The notes under the pieces are model-generated. The model was not told the DNA's origin. It did not search any database and saw nothing but the letters and a program-made list of their open reading frames with translations. The position numbers were made by a program, and so were the translations under genes. DNA of 64,000 nucleotides, from the IMG/VR virus record IMGVR_UViG_3300028394_000066, positions 15,214 to 79,213 of that record. The stretch is one strand, 5' to 3'. This document shows, piece by piece, positions 38,050 through 48,191 of the stretch. The DNA is from a virus. The stretch's first letter is position 1; each line of letters begins with the position of its first letter.

Positions 38050-39309
38050 ATGGCGGCAGACAACGAATACCGCTTACTGAGTAAGGTCATTCTTGACCGC
38101 AACATTATTCCCGTAATTGAAAACGGGATTAAAGACGACTGGTTTGTAGACGACGACTTACGTCGTGTGTACAAGTTTGTGCGTGAGCACTACGCTTCAT
38201 ACCGCGAAGTCCCCACAGCGATAGCAGTTAACGATAATTTTCCTAATTTCAAGACACTCAAGGTTGAGGATACTCTCGAGTACTTGATTGACAAGATGGT
38301 AGAGTTTCGTCGCCGTACCTTGACTCGCAACGGTGTTGCTGACGTAGTGGAATCGCTGAACAACAACGACCACGAAGCCGCGCTACTTGAAATGAGCAAG
38401 GCAATAAGCCTTGTTAATGAACAGGGCATAATTGGTACCACACACATTGACCTCACTAAGAATCCCGACCAGTTCTGGGAAGACTACGAGAACGTACAGA
38501 ACCACAAACTTCTTGGGGTTGCCACAGGATTTGAAAAGATTGATGAGGCAACCGCAGGTCTCCAGGGCGGACAGTTAATTACTATTATTGCTCCACCTAA
38601 GACGGGTAAGTCCCAGATTGCTTTGCGAATGGCCACCAACGTCCACGAAATTGGACTTGTTCCTATGTTCCAGTCTTTTGAAATGAACAACCATGAGCAG
38701 GCCATGCGACACAACGCTATGCGTGCGCAACTCTCTAGCAAGCGCCTCCGCATGGGAACCCTTGAGACTGCAGAAGAAGACCGTATGCTTAAGATGCTTG
38801 ACCACATGAAGACCGCAAAGCCGTTTCATCTTGTAGACGCGGTTAACGGTCTTACGGTAGACGCACTTGTAGCAAAAGCGGAACAGCTTAACCCCGACAT
38901 TATCTTTGTTGACGGTGTTTATCTTATGCTTGATTCCGTTACTGGAGAGGCTAACACGCCACAGGCCCTTACAAACATCACTCGCGCACTTAAACGTGTT
39001 GCGCAAAAGCTTGACATACCAGTAGTAATCACAACCCAAACTCTTCTGTGGAAGATGAAGGGCGGTAAGGTATCCGCAGACTCGATTGGCTATTCCTCCT
39101 CTTTCTTCCAAGACTCAGACGTAATCCTTGGACTCGACCCAATTGATGGGGACGAACGTCACCGTAACCTGCGCGTTGTTCAGTCGCGTAACAGCGGTCC
39201 TGAAAATAACTCTATTACCTGGAACTGGGATACTGGATGTTTTCACGACGAGATTAAAGAAAACTCGTGCAAATACTGCACGCCGTTTGCAGGAAGCATG
39301 AAGATATGA
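38050..39309 (+). CDS. dnaB: DnaB-like replicative helicase
   Basis: ATGFEKID..TAGL, APPKTGKS, SFEM, IFVDGVYL, SSSFFQDSDV. Confidence 0.92.
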   Translation: MAADNEYRLLSKVILDRNIIPVIENGIKDDWFVDDDLRRVYKFVREHYASYREVPTAIAVNDNFPNFKTLKVEDTLEYLIDKMVEFRRRTLTRNGVADVVESLNNNDHEAALLEMSKAISLVNEQGIIGTTHIDLTKNPDQFWEDYENVQNHKLLGVATGFEKIDEATAGLQGGQLITIIAPPKTGKSQIALRMATNVHEIGLVPMFQSFEMNNHEQAMRHNAMRAQLSSKRLRMGTLETAEEDRMLKMLDHMKTAKPFHLVDAVNGLTVDALVAKAEQLNPDIIFVDGVYLMLDSVTGEANTPQALTNITRALKRVAQKLDIPVVITTQTLLWKMKGGKVSADSIGYSSSFFQDSDVILGLDPIDGDERHRNLRVVQSRNSGPENNSITWNWDTGCFHDEIKENSCKYCTPFAGSMKI

Positions 39310-40283
39310 TGCTAGATGTTCCTTTGGCGCTAGAGGCGCTAGGGATGGAGTATGACGAGCGTGGGCACGAGGCAAACGCCCTCTGCCCTGCACACCTCGC
39401 CCGTACTGGCAAGAACGACAACTCTCCTTCGTGGTGGATAAACCTCGAAACAGGGCAACACATCTGTTTCTCCTGTGGGTACAAAGGCAACCTGGCACAA
39501 CTTGTCTGCGATGTAAACGAGTTCTACCTCAAGACCTGGGACAACAAGTACGCGTACGATTACGACACGGCGCGGACCTGGTTGGCCGAGGTGTCCGCAA
39601 TTCCCGTGGAGCGTTTGCTAGAGATGATGAAGGCTCTACCTAACCGCATCGAGCCTATTCCCAAGCCTTTAGAAATGTCAGAAGCCCGCCTTGCCGTATT
39701 TGAGTCGCCCCCCGCAGAGGCGTTAGCTTCACGGAACATTACTGCTGAGGCTGCGGATAAGTACGGCGTATTGTGGGATACTAAAAAAGCTACATGGATT
39801 CTTCCTCTGCGTGAACCTCACTTTAACCGCTTGATTGGTTGGCAAGAAAAAGGTACACTTAATCGCACGTTCTTTAATCGCCCCGCTGGACTTCAGCGGG
39901 CTAAAACACTGTTTGGAGCTGATGTACAAAATGGAGATATTGCTGTTCTTGTTGAGTCTCCTCTTGATTGTTTGCGCGTTTATAGCGCTGGACAAGTTGG
40001 AGCGATGGCTAGTTGTGGTACAACTATCTCAGAAGACCAAGTCCGCCTCTTACGTCGGTCCGACCGAATCGTCTGCGCCTTCGACAACCCAAAATTAGAC
40101 TCTGCTGGTAAAAAGGCATCCGCAGAGATGGTAAGACTGGGCCGTAAATACGGACTAAACTTGTTCTTTTTCAACTATGGTGATACTGGGAAGAAAGACC
40201 CAGGAGACCTCACCAATGAAGAGATTGTGTGGGGAATTCAAAACGCACAATCCGCAGTACTTGGTGAAATGGCTTATGTTTAA
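39306..40283 (+). CDS. DNA primase (CHC2 Zn finger + TOPRIM)
   Basis: CPAH...CFSC; VESPLD; AFDN..DSAG; KDPGD. Confidence 0.88.
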   Translation: MMLDVPLALEALGMEYDERGHEANALCPAHLARTGKNDNSPSWWINLETGQHICFSCGYKGNLAQLVCDVNEFYLKTWDNKYAYDYDTARTWLAEVSAIPVERLLEMMKALPNRIEPIPKPLEMSEARLAVFESPPAEALASRNITAEAADKYGVLWDTKKATWILPLREPHFNRLIGWQEKGTLNRTFFNRPAGLQRAKTLFGADVQNGDIAVLVESPLDCLRVYSAGQVGAMASCGTTISEDQVRLLRRSDRIVCAFDNPKLDSAGKKASAEMVRLGRKYGLNLFFFNYGDTGKKDPGDLTNEEIVWGIQNAQSAVLGEMAYV

Positions 40284-41847
40284 TGGAACTCTGAAACCGT
40301 ATCAGGTTGAGGCTGTCGATAAGATGGTCGAAAAGAAAAAGATTCTTGTAGCTTATGAGATGGGTCTGGGTAAAACTCCTATGACCATTGCCGCAATTGA
40401 GCGGCTTAGAAGTAGCGGTGAGATAACAAAGCCTGTACTAGTCCTATGCCTGGCTTCTTTGAAGTATCAGTGGCAAAAAGAGATTACAAAATTCAGCGAC
40501 TCGGACTCAACTGTTATTGACGGAACTCCATCAGTTCGAGCAAAGCAGTACGTAGATGCTCCAAGGCACGAGTACATCATTATGAACTACGAACAAGTTC
40601 TTAGAGACTGGGAGACAGTTAAGCTGATTGAGTTTAGTGCCGTAATATGCGACGAAGCAACGGCCATCAAAGGATTCAGAGCAAAAAGAGCTAAGAAGGT
40701 AAAGGAGCTCTCAAAGAATATCCCGATTAGATTTGCTCTTACAGGAACTCCCATAGAAAACGGACGTCCAGAAGAAATCTTTTCAATCATGCAGTTTGTG
40801 GATAACAAAGTTCTAGGTAGATTTGACATCTTTGACAAGACGTTTATTGTCCGCAATCATTTCGGCGGGGTTCAGCGGTACCGCAATCTTCCTACATTAA
40901 ACAAGACTTTAATGGAGAGCACAGTTCGTAAGGCCCAAAAAGACGAGGACGTTAGCCCGTATCTTCCCGACGCAATTTATCGCGAGCCAATTGTAGTTAA
41001 ATTAGATAAAGGAAGCCAGCTCGTGTACAACACAATGGCAGAGCACCTAGTGGCCTTCCTAAACGAAGCAAAAGAGATGTTTGGAACATCCTTTAGCGTC
41101 GCCGCGCACTACGGACAGTCCTACCAGCCCGATGACCCCGCAACACAGATGCGCGGAGAAATTATGTCTCGTATTTCTGCAATGAGAATGCTGTGCTCAA
41201 GCCCCAACGTAGTTAAGGCAAGTTACAACAGATACGAGGATAGCCGAGGCACCGAAGGTAGCGCGTATATTCACGCCCTAGATGACCTCCTTAACGGAAT
41301 CAGCAAAACACCTAAGATGGACGTTGCCATCTCGTATCTATCAGAACACCTAGACATTGACGAGAGCTACAAGGCCGTTGTGTTTGCGTCTTATTTGGAT
41401 TCCGTGTCGGAGCTTGTTGATAGACTTAATGAGAAGGGATACGGAGCTGTTTCCTACACTGGAGAAATGAACGCAGTTAAGAAAGAAGCCGCAAAGGTTA
41501 AATTTCAAACCATGCCTAACGTCAGAGTGTTGGTAAGCAGTGACGCTGGAGGATACGGGGTAGATTTACCTCAAGCAAATCTTTTAGTAAACTATGACCA
41601 GCCCTGGAGTTCGGGAATGTTAGTCCAAAGAAACGGGCGAATCAACCGAACATCCAGCGAGTGGACAACTATTACAATTCAAGATATACTTATTAAAGAC
41701 TCAATCGAAGAGCGCCAGTTCGAAGTATTGAGACAAAAGAAAGATGTAGCATTAGCAATCCTTGACGGAGAGAATATAAACTCCAAAGGGGGAGTTGACT
41801 TAACAGTCGGAAGTCTGTTAGATTTTATTACAACCAAATTAATCTAG
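40276..41847 (+). CDS. SNF2-family helicase
   Basis: EMGLGKT, CDEA, LTGTPIEN, GGYGVDL, QRNGRINR. Confidence 0.92.
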   Translation: MFNGTLKPYQVEAVDKMVEKKKILVAYEMGLGKTPMTIAAIERLRSSGEITKPVLVLCLASLKYQWQKEITKFSDSDSTVIDGTPSVRAKQYVDAPRHEYIIMNYEQVLRDWETVKLIEFSAVICDEATAIKGFRAKRAKKVKELSKNIPIRFALTGTPIENGRPEEIFSIMQFVDNKVLGRFDIFDKTFIVRNHFGGVQRYRNLPTLNKTLMESTVRKAQKDEDVSPYLPDAIYREPIVVKLDKGSQLVYNTMAEHLVAFLNEAKEMFGTSFSVAAHYGQSYQPDDPATQMRGEIMSRISAMRMLCSSPNVVKASYNRYEDSRGTEGSAYIHALDDLLNGISKTPKMDVAISYLSEHLDIDESYKAVVFASYLDSVSELVDRLNEKGYGAVSYTGEMNAVKKEAAKVKFQTMPNVRVLVSSDAGGYGVDLPQANLLVNYDQPWSSGMLVQRNGRINRTSSEWTTITIQDILIKDSIEERQFEVLRQKKDVALAILDGENINSKGGVDLTVGSLLDFITTKLI

Positions 41848-41856
41848 GAGGGCATT

Positions 41857-42300
41857 GTGGCACGAGTATTTGAAGAAGAAGGCACCCGCTTCACCGACCC
41901 TGAGTCGCTTGAAGCACAAGTCCGTGAATACGGGAAGATTAAAACTTCCATGGAGATTCTCGAGACCCGTTCAAAAGAACTTCGCACCAAGTTGTTTGAG
42001 TACCTCGACACTGAGGGCGAGGAAGACGACAAGGGCAACGTTCAGCTTGAGCTCCCTGCGTCTATTGACGGAATCACTCGTCTAGAAAAGCAGCGACGAG
42101 TAACCCGTAAGCTTGACGAAATGACCGCAGAAACAATCATTGACCAGACAGGTCTTGCAGAAGAGGTCTACGAAATGAAGCGCGTAATCAACGAGGACGC
42201 ACTCATGGCCGCTTACTACGAAGGTAAGATTACCGAAGAGCAGCTTGACGAGATGTTCCCAACTAGTATCATTTGGGCACTACGTACCATCAAGAAGTAG
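41857..42300 (+). CDS. Hypothetical protein
   Basis: 147 aa, GTG start, RBS AGGAGG. Confidence 0.7.
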   Translation: MARVFEEEGTRFTDPESLEAQVREYGKIKTSMEILETRSKELRTKLFEYLDTEGEEDDKGNVQLELPASIDGITRLEKQRRVTRKLDEMTAETIIDQTGLAEEVYEMKRVINEDALMAAYYEGKITEEQLDEMFPTSIIWALRTIKK

Positions 42301-42306
42301 GTTTGA

Positions 42307-42780
42307 ATGGTAGGGATGCGCGGTGACGACGAGATTCTCAAAGCCTTTGAGGGTCTCGACCGCGCGCCTGGTTCAAAACAAAAACGACGAGAAACCACTG
42401 CAGTAGCAGACAAGCGTCGCAAGAAAATCCTGGGGCAGTCTAACGGCTGGGATGAAAATCCCATAGTTAAAACGCTCAAGGGGGTAGAGACCGAGGTGTT
42501 TACTATCGGAGCCTTTGCGGAGGCTCTAGAAAAACAAATCGTAACTATCCGCTTATGGGAGAAGAAGGGATACATCCCAATTGCTCCCTACCGTTTGCGC
42601 TCAAAGAGCTTAAATGGTAAAAAGGTAAATGGTAATCGTGTGTATACACGAGCACTGATTGAAATCACAATTGAAGAATTCGCAAATCGTGGGCTTCTAG
42701 GTACTGCCCGCGTGGAGTGGAAACAGCATACAGACTTGACAGAGGTACTTGTGCACCGCTGGAAAGATGCGCTAAACTAA
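42307..42780 (+). CDS. MerR-like HTH DNA-binding protein
   Basis: FTIGAFAEALEKQIVTIRLWEKKGYIP...RVYT. Confidence 0.75.
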   Translation: MVGMRGDDEILKAFEGLDRAPGSKQKRRETTAVADKRRKKILGQSNGWDENPIVKTLKGVETEVFTIGAFAEALEKQIVTIRLWEKKGYIPIAPYRLRSKSLNGKKVNGNRVYTRALIEITIEEFANRGLLGTARVEWKQHTDLTEVLVHRWKDALN

Positions 42781-42848
42781 ATACGTGGTCGAAAGACCCA
42801 CTGCCAACAAAGTAGCCGCAAGGCTCATAACCGAAAGATAAAAAGCCC

Positions 42849-43496
42849 ATGATTGAAAACCCATCCGTCGAAGCAGAACACTACCTTGCTGAAGACACCG
42901 TCGAATCCGACCCGAAGCACGGTACCACTGTGCAGGCAGGTTGGGGAGCCGCAAAGGACGTTCTGAAGAGCTCGTCTAACTCGGACTACCCCACCGACTT
43001 CCGCTTCTCTGACCAAGCTCAGCTCGTCCGCTTTATGGAAGACGAGCCGTTTGCTGTTTACGAGTCGCACTGGATTGAGCGCGAAGGTAAGAAGTCCTTC
43101 GTTTGCCTTGGCGATGAATGCCCTTTGTGCACCATTGCTGGCGACAAGCCCCGTCCAAAGTTCGCATTTAACATCATCTCGCTTTCTGATGGTGAGCCCA
43201 ATGTTCAGATTATGACCGCACCGCCTTCGTTTGCGCGTCAGCTTCAAGCAGCCAACGAGGACCCTCGTCGCGGCCCGCTTACGAAGTACTACTGGGCAAT
43301 CTCTCGCACAGGTACAGGTAACAAGACGCTGTTCACGCTTGACCGCGTTCGTGGTACCGACCTTGCGGAAGAGTGGGAGTTGGACGCCAACTCGGTTGAC
43401 GAGTTTGCAATGACAGCTGTGTCGTACGACACTTCTGCAGTGTACGTGAGCCCTCGCGACGAGCTGTTGAAAATCGCACGCACGCTGGTTTCCTAA
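42849..43496 (+). CDS. Single-stranded DNA-binding protein (gp32-like)
   Basis: HW...CLGDECPLC, ISRTGTG; upstream of polymerase; biased codons. Confidence 0.7.
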   Translation: MIENPSVEAEHYLAEDTVESDPKHGTTVQAGWGAAKDVLKSSSNSDYPTDFRFSDQAQLVRFMEDEPFAVYESHWIEREGKKSFVCLGDECPLCTIAGDKPRPKFAFNIISLSDGEPNVQIMTAPPSFARQLQAANEDPRRGPLTKYYWAISRTGTGNKTLFTLDRVRGTDLAEEWELDANSVDEFAMTAVSYDTSAVYVSPRDELLKIARTLVS

Positions 43497-43507
43497 CCAC
43501 TCACCCC

Positions 43508-43559
43508 TGCGGGGGACCAGGCTTTGTTTATCCTTTCGTGTTACGCCTGGTCTCCCGCA
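43508..43559 (+). terminator. 15-bp stem hairpin between SSB and polA
   Basis: TGCGGGGGACCAGGC / GCCTGGTCTCCCGCA. Confidence 0.6.
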
Positions 43560-43580
43560 CATTACTTTTAGAGGGCTTAT

Positions 43581-45584
43581 ATGAACGTCATTACTACTAA
43601 AGAACAACTCGACGAGTTTGTTCAGTATTACGCCAAGGTTGAAGCATTCGCCTGGGACGTAGAGACCATCGGGGATAACCGTCTGTACCCCGTTATCAAC
43701 GACGTTTGTTGGATTTCTTTTGCGACCGATGGCCGTGTAGATGTTATTCCCATGGGCCACCCTAACGGTGAGCTTGAAGGCCACGACAAGCCTTTACTTC
43801 TTCCTGGACAACGACGACTCGCGGAAGGAAAACCCATCCTTGACTCGCACTACTCTAAAGACCAGCGTAAATGGACTGCTAAGTTTGGTGAAGCACCAGA
43901 GCAACTTACCCCTCGCCAAATCTTTGACGCTATTGAGCCGCTTATGTTTGGTCCCGCCTTAAAGATTGCGCACAACGCCAAGTTTGACTTAAAGTCAGTC
44001 GCAAAATACTACAAGGGGAGTGTTCCCGCAAAACCCCATTTTGATACCCTGATGGCTGCTTTTATCATCAACAACATGAACAAGTTTGACCTTGGACTTG
44101 CTGCTTGCGTAAAACGCGAATTAGGCATAGTGGTGGAGAAGGGTGTGGGAGAAAACGTCGCTCTACACGCGTTCTCAGAGGTAGCAAAGTATTCAGGTAT
44201 AGACGCTGAGGTTACTTGGAAACTTTATCAAGCCCTTGCCCCTAAGATTACTGGCAACCTACAAAAGGTTTGGCGTCTTGAAACTGACGTGCTAGCTGCT
44301 CTCTGTGACATGGAATTAACTGGTGCTTACTTAGACCAAGCAGCCCTCAAGACACTCGCAGAAGAGGTGGAAAAGGGCAAGATTGATGCCGAGGCCAAGT
44401 GCTACAAAGAAGCAGGAAAAGCCTTCTCTATCAACTCAGTTCCCGCCAAGCAGATGCTTTTGTTTGGGTCTGAGAACGGCCAGAAGCCCCGTCTGCCAGC
44501 CCCAAACCCTAAGTTTAAGACTGTGCTCACCCCTAAAGGACAAGCGGCTCACAAGGCTCGTGAGGCCCTTACACACATTCACTATTCTGTTTCAGCAGAA
44601 GCCCTCGAGTTTCATCGTGGCAAAGATGCTTTGGTTGACGCACTCCTTGAGTACCAAGACCTCAATAAACTTATGACTACCTACGTAACTCCGTATACAG
44701 GTGGGGACGTTAAGCGCGTCACCAATGGTAAAGAAAAAATTACTAAGCGTAAGAGCCTCCTTATCAATGGACGAGTACACACTAACTTCAAAGCCCACGG
44801 TGCCGAGACGGGACGGTTCTCGTCATCCGAACCAAACCTTCAAAACATTCCTTCATCAGGAGAATACGGAAAACTAGTACGCAATCTTTTTGTAGCTCCT
44901 CCTGGGTATAAGCTGGTTGTTGCAGACTACTCTCAGATAGAGCCAAGAATTATTGCATCTTTCTCAAAAGACCCAGTTATGCTGGAGAACTACATGACTG
45001 GAGGAGATATCTATACTACAATTGGTGATACGATGGGCGTCGACCGTCAGGCTGGAAAAGTCTTGGTCCTCGCAATCTCATACGGGGTAGGTCCCGACAA
45101 GATTGCAGCGTCTGTTGGGTGTACTGTAAAGGAAGCTAAAGACCTCCTTAACCGCTTTGAAGCAAAGTTTGCTTCCATTGCGCAGTACAAAGCCAAGGTA
45201 ATTCGTATGGCAAAGCAGGCGGGGCCCATCCCGTTTGTTGAAACAATGTTTGGACGCCGCCGCTACATTCCCGACCTTAAATCCTCAGAGTTTGGATTGC
45301 TGGGTAGGGCCGAACGTCAGGCGTTTAACACAATGATTCAGGGGTCAGCTGCTGACCTCATGAAACTGGCTTTAGTTCGTGCACACTCGTGTTTTGTAAA
45401 TGAGCCAGATATAAACTTAATTCTCACAGTACATGATGAACTTGTGACAATTTCGCCAGAGAATAAAGCTACTGAAGTTGCCGAGGCAATTCGTGAATCT
45501 ATGGAGGGTATACAGTTGTCTAATATTACTGTTCCGCTAATTGCAGACGTTAAAATTGTAGACAAGTGGGGTGAAGCAAAGTAA
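43581..45584 (+). CDS. polA: Family A DNA polymerase with 3'-5' exonuclease
   Basis: DVET, HNAKFD, TGRFSSSEPNLQNIP, ADYSQIEPR, KVLVLAISYG, QGSAAD, VHDE. Confidence 0.96.
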   Translation: MNVITTKEQLDEFVQYYAKVEAFAWDVETIGDNRLYPVINDVCWISFATDGRVDVIPMGHPNGELEGHDKPLLLPGQRRLAEGKPILDSHYSKDQRKWTAKFGEAPEQLTPRQIFDAIEPLMFGPALKIAHNAKFDLKSVAKYYKGSVPAKPHFDTLMAAFIINNMNKFDLGLAACVKRELGIVVEKGVGENVALHAFSEVAKYSGIDAEVTWKLYQALAPKITGNLQKVWRLETDVLAALCDMELTGAYLDQAALKTLAEEVEKGKIDAEAKCYKEAGKAFSINSVPAKQMLLFGSENGQKPRLPAPNPKFKTVLTPKGQAAHKAREALTHIHYSVSAEALEFHRGKDALVDALLEYQDLNKLMTTYVTPYTGGDVKRVTNGKEKITKRKSLLINGRVHTNFKAHGAETGRFSSSEPNLQNIPSSGEYGKLVRNLFVAPPGYKLVVADYSQIEPRIIASFSKDPVMLENYMTGGDIYTTIGDTMGVDRQAGKVLVLAISYGVGPDKIAASVGCTVKEAKDLLNRFEAKFASIAQYKAKVIRMAKQAGPIPFVETMFGRRRYIPDLKSSEFGLLGRAERQAFNTMIQGSAADLMKLALVRAHSCFVNEPDINLILTVHDELVTISPENKATEVAEAIRESMEGIQLSNITVPLIADVKIVDKWGEAK

Positions 45585-45991
45585 TGTTTTTTAAAAAGAA
45601 AAAGAAGACCCTTACTTTACGCGACATCAACAACCGCATTCGCGGGTTTATCTTGGATTCACAAATTCAGAATGCTCATGAACTAAGCGTAATTTTGGGA
45701 TGTTCCAATATTAGCAGTGAAGTTCAAGAGCGTGAAGAAGAGGAGAGCGACAAACGCATCGAAAAAATTTCATATTTAGTTCCACTACTATACGCTCACG
45801 TTCACCTTTTGGCAGAAGGAGCAGTGGAATACCAGAAGAGCACTCTACCTGAAGAATTTAAAGATTTTCCAGATGAGATTTGGATGGAAAGCCGTAGGAT
45901 GATGGAACAAGTCGCCATATCAACACTCGTGGGGTCTGTGTCACAACTTATTGACATGGGGCTCATTGATATTCCAAGAAAGCACAAGTAA
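45584..45991 (+). CDS. Hypothetical protein
   Basis: 135 aa, TAATG coupled to polA. Confidence 0.65.
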   Translation: MFFKKKKKTLTLRDINNRIRGFILDSQIQNAHELSVILGCSNISSEVQEREEEESDKRIEKISYLVPLLYAHVHLLAEGAVEYQKSTLPEEFKDFPDEIWMESRRMMEQVAISTLVGSVSQLIDMGLIDIPRKHK

Positions 45992-45995
45992 ACTA

Positions 45996-46085
45996 ATGAA
46001 TGAATACACAACAACCGACGCTGTAGACGGTTACGCCTGCCCCATCGACCCGATGGAAGCACTTCAGTGCGAGAGCTGCCAGTAA
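45996..46085 (+). CDS. 29-aa peptide resembling the C-terminal redox tail of ribonucleotide reductase alpha
   Basis: MNEYTTTDAVDGYACPIDPMEALQCESCQ; fills the intergenic gap; weak RBS. Confidence 0.6.
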   Translation: MNEYTTTDAVDGYACPIDPMEALQCESCQ

Positions 46086-46100
46086 TACTATAGGAGTAAA

Positions 46101-46478
46101 ATGAGTAACGCGGATTGGTGGGCCCAAAAACTGGGCAATACACAACCAGTACAGCAGGGGCGACCCGTTCCTAATATTCCTATGCCGCCGTCTCAACAAC
46201 CTATGACGCCGATGCCCACGTTTCAGCAGCAACCGTCTGCTGGGCGTGCGCAAAGCGCATCTCAAGTCTTATCCTGTCCTGAATGCGGTTCAGGAAACTA
46301 TATGTCTGTAGCAGGAACAGCGCCCCGTTGTTTTGATTGCGGGTACCCCATCGAGCAGTCGGGCTCCCGATACGGTAATTTATCTACCGCTCGAGTTGAA
46401 GGAGCAGCCCAATCCGCTCGCGGCAATGACACAAAAAGTAATTGGAATCCCCAAGGAATTATCGGAACTATAAATTAA
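46101..46478 (+). CDS. Zn-ribbon protein
   Basis: CPECGS...CFDCGY; P/Q-rich N-terminus. Confidence 0.75.
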   Translation: MSNADWWAQKLGNTQPVQQGRPVPNIPMPPSQQPMTPMPTFQQQPSAGRAQSASQVLSCPECGSGNYMSVAGTAPRCFDCGYPIEQSGSRYGNLSTARVEGAAQSARGNDTKSNWNPQGIIGTIN

Positions 46479-46507
46479 CCTACCCAACTAAAACAAGGAC
46501 TACTAAA

Positions 46508-47551
46508 TTGATAAACCCAGATGCATTAAAAGTTATGGCCCAAATTAACAAACGCTTTGGAGGCGATACTGTTGTTATTGGCGGAGATATTCGTAACGAC
46601 CTTATTCCTCGTGTTACTACTGGCTCTACTACTTTTGATTACGTTCTTGGTGGGGGTTTTCCTGCTAATCAGTGGAATGAACTCATCGGAGAACCTAGCC
46701 ACGGCAAAACGGCTATCGCGCTCAAAGTCATCGCAGCAAACCAGGCGCTAAATCCAGACTTTACTACCGTATGGATTGCGGCAGAGCAGTGGGTTCCCGA
46801 CTACGCAGCAATGTGTGGTGTCGATGCCAGCCGTGTAATCGTAGTTGAAACTAACATAATGGAAGAGGCGTACGACGCCGCCATTGCTTTTGCAGAATCA
46901 AAAGCGGTAGACGCTATTGTTATTGACTCATTGCCCGCTCTTGTTCCTGGGCCTGAAAATGAAAAAAACATGGACGAAATGACCGTTGGTCGTGGAGCTC
47001 TCTTGACTAACAAGTTTTTCCGTAAAGCTGGCGCTGCTATGAAACGCTCACTTACCGAAGAAGAGCGCCCCATCATGGGGCTCATCATTAACCAGTGGCG
47101 CATGAAGATTGGGGTCATGCATGGAGACCCCCGCACTACTCCTGGTGGAGTAGGAAAAGACTACGCGTACTTTACCCGCTCAGAAGTTCGTCGTGACGAA
47201 TGGATTGAAACTGGTTCTGGAGATAACAAAGTTCGTGTAGGACAGCGTATCAAAATTCGTGTCACCAAGAACAAGACTGCCCCGCCACAACAGATTGCGT
47301 ACGTGGATTTCTACTTTAAAGACCACTCAATCTACGAGGCAGGAGACTACGACACGGCTAAGGAAGTTGCCGCCATGTCTATTGTTAAACAAATTGTTGA
47401 CCGACGAGGTGGTTGGGTCTACTACGGTGAGCGTAAGTGGCAGGGCCTAGAGGCCCTTGTGAACTCTATCCGTGAAGAGGTAGACTTATTTGAAGAGCTA
47501 CGAGATAAGGTTCTCGAAGACTCACCCCAGATTCCTATTGTAACGGAGTAA
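46508..47551 (+). CDS. recA: RecA-like recombinase
   Basis: GEPSHGKT, IVIDSLPAL, INQWRMKIGVMHGDPRTTPGG, KNKTAPP. Confidence 0.95.
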   Translation: MINPDALKVMAQINKRFGGDTVVIGGDIRNDLIPRVTTGSTTFDYVLGGGFPANQWNELIGEPSHGKTAIALKVIAANQALNPDFTTVWIAAEQWVPDYAAMCGVDASRVIVVETNIMEEAYDAAIAFAESKAVDAIVIDSLPALVPGPENEKNMDEMTVGRGALLTNKFFRKAGAAMKRSLTEEERPIMGLIINQWRMKIGVMHGDPRTTPGGVGKDYAYFTRSEVRRDEWIETGSGDNKVRVGQRIKIRVTKNKTAPPQQIAYVDFYFKDHSIYEAGDYDTAKEVAAMSIVKQIVDRRGGWVYYGERKWQGLEALVNSIREEVDLFEELRDKVLEDSPQIPIVTE

Positions 47552-47554
47552 TAC

Positions 47555-47875
47555 GTGAAAAGCGAAGGTCAGAAGCAGTCCCAGAAACACGAGAAACGTC
47601 TCGCAAAAGCTGTAGGAGGGCAAACCACAGCCGCTTCTGGGGCCTTCTGGTCTCGCAAAGGCGATGTACGAAGCCCCACGCTTCTTATAGAACACAAGTG
47701 GACTGGAAAGAAAACCAAAACTATTAGCTCAACAGAGCTTAAGAAAATTACCAACGAAGCAATAATGGACGGAAGACTCCCAGTGTTTGGGATTCACCTA
47801 GACGGGGAAGATTATGTAGTCCTTCTCGAGACAGATTTCCTCGAACTTTGGGACAAATTACATGCTGCGAACTGA
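47555..47875 (+). CDS. Holliday junction resolvase-like PD-(D/E)XK nuclease
   Basis: E..LA..VGG....SGA...KGDV....LIEHK. Confidence 0.75.
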   Translation: MKSEGQKQSQKHEKRLAKAVGGQTTAASGAFWSRKGDVRSPTLLIEHKWTGKKTKTISSTELKKITNEAIMDGRLPVFGIHLDGEDYVVLLETDFLELWDKLHAAN

Positions 47876-48191
47876 CTACGAGCACTGGACCGACCAAGCT
47901 CGGTGCTCTGGGATTGAAAACCCTGACATATTCTTTCCCCCCCGTGACAAAGACCTTTATAAAAAAATAGCAACAGAGGCGAAAGCCATGTGCTCAGGAG
48001 TCAAAGGTTCAAGTCCTTGCCCAGTTAGAACCCAATGCTTGTGGACCGCAATCGAGGACGACGAGCAACATGGAATCTGGGGAGGCTTAAGCCACCGTGA
48101 ACGAAACGCCGTAGTACGTAAGTGGAGTCGAAACTTCAAAAGTAAGATGACACTAAAGGAATACATATTCCAACTAAACAAGGAGAACTAA
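47862..48191 (+). CDS. whiB: WhiB family transcription factor
   Basis: W..QARC...FFP...AKAMC...CPV..QC...GIWGG. Confidence 0.92.
   Translation: MLRTDYEHWTDQARCSGIENPDIFFPPRDKDLYKKIATEAKAMCSGVKGSSPCPVRTQCLWTAIEDDEQHGIWGGLSHRERNAVVRKWSRNFKSKMTLKEYIFQLNKEN

Noticed and set aside
42825-43784. 319-aa minus-strand ORF (similarly 3278..3898 and 37059..37778)
   Set aside because: Antisense to well-supported genes with biased codon use; no recognisable motifs
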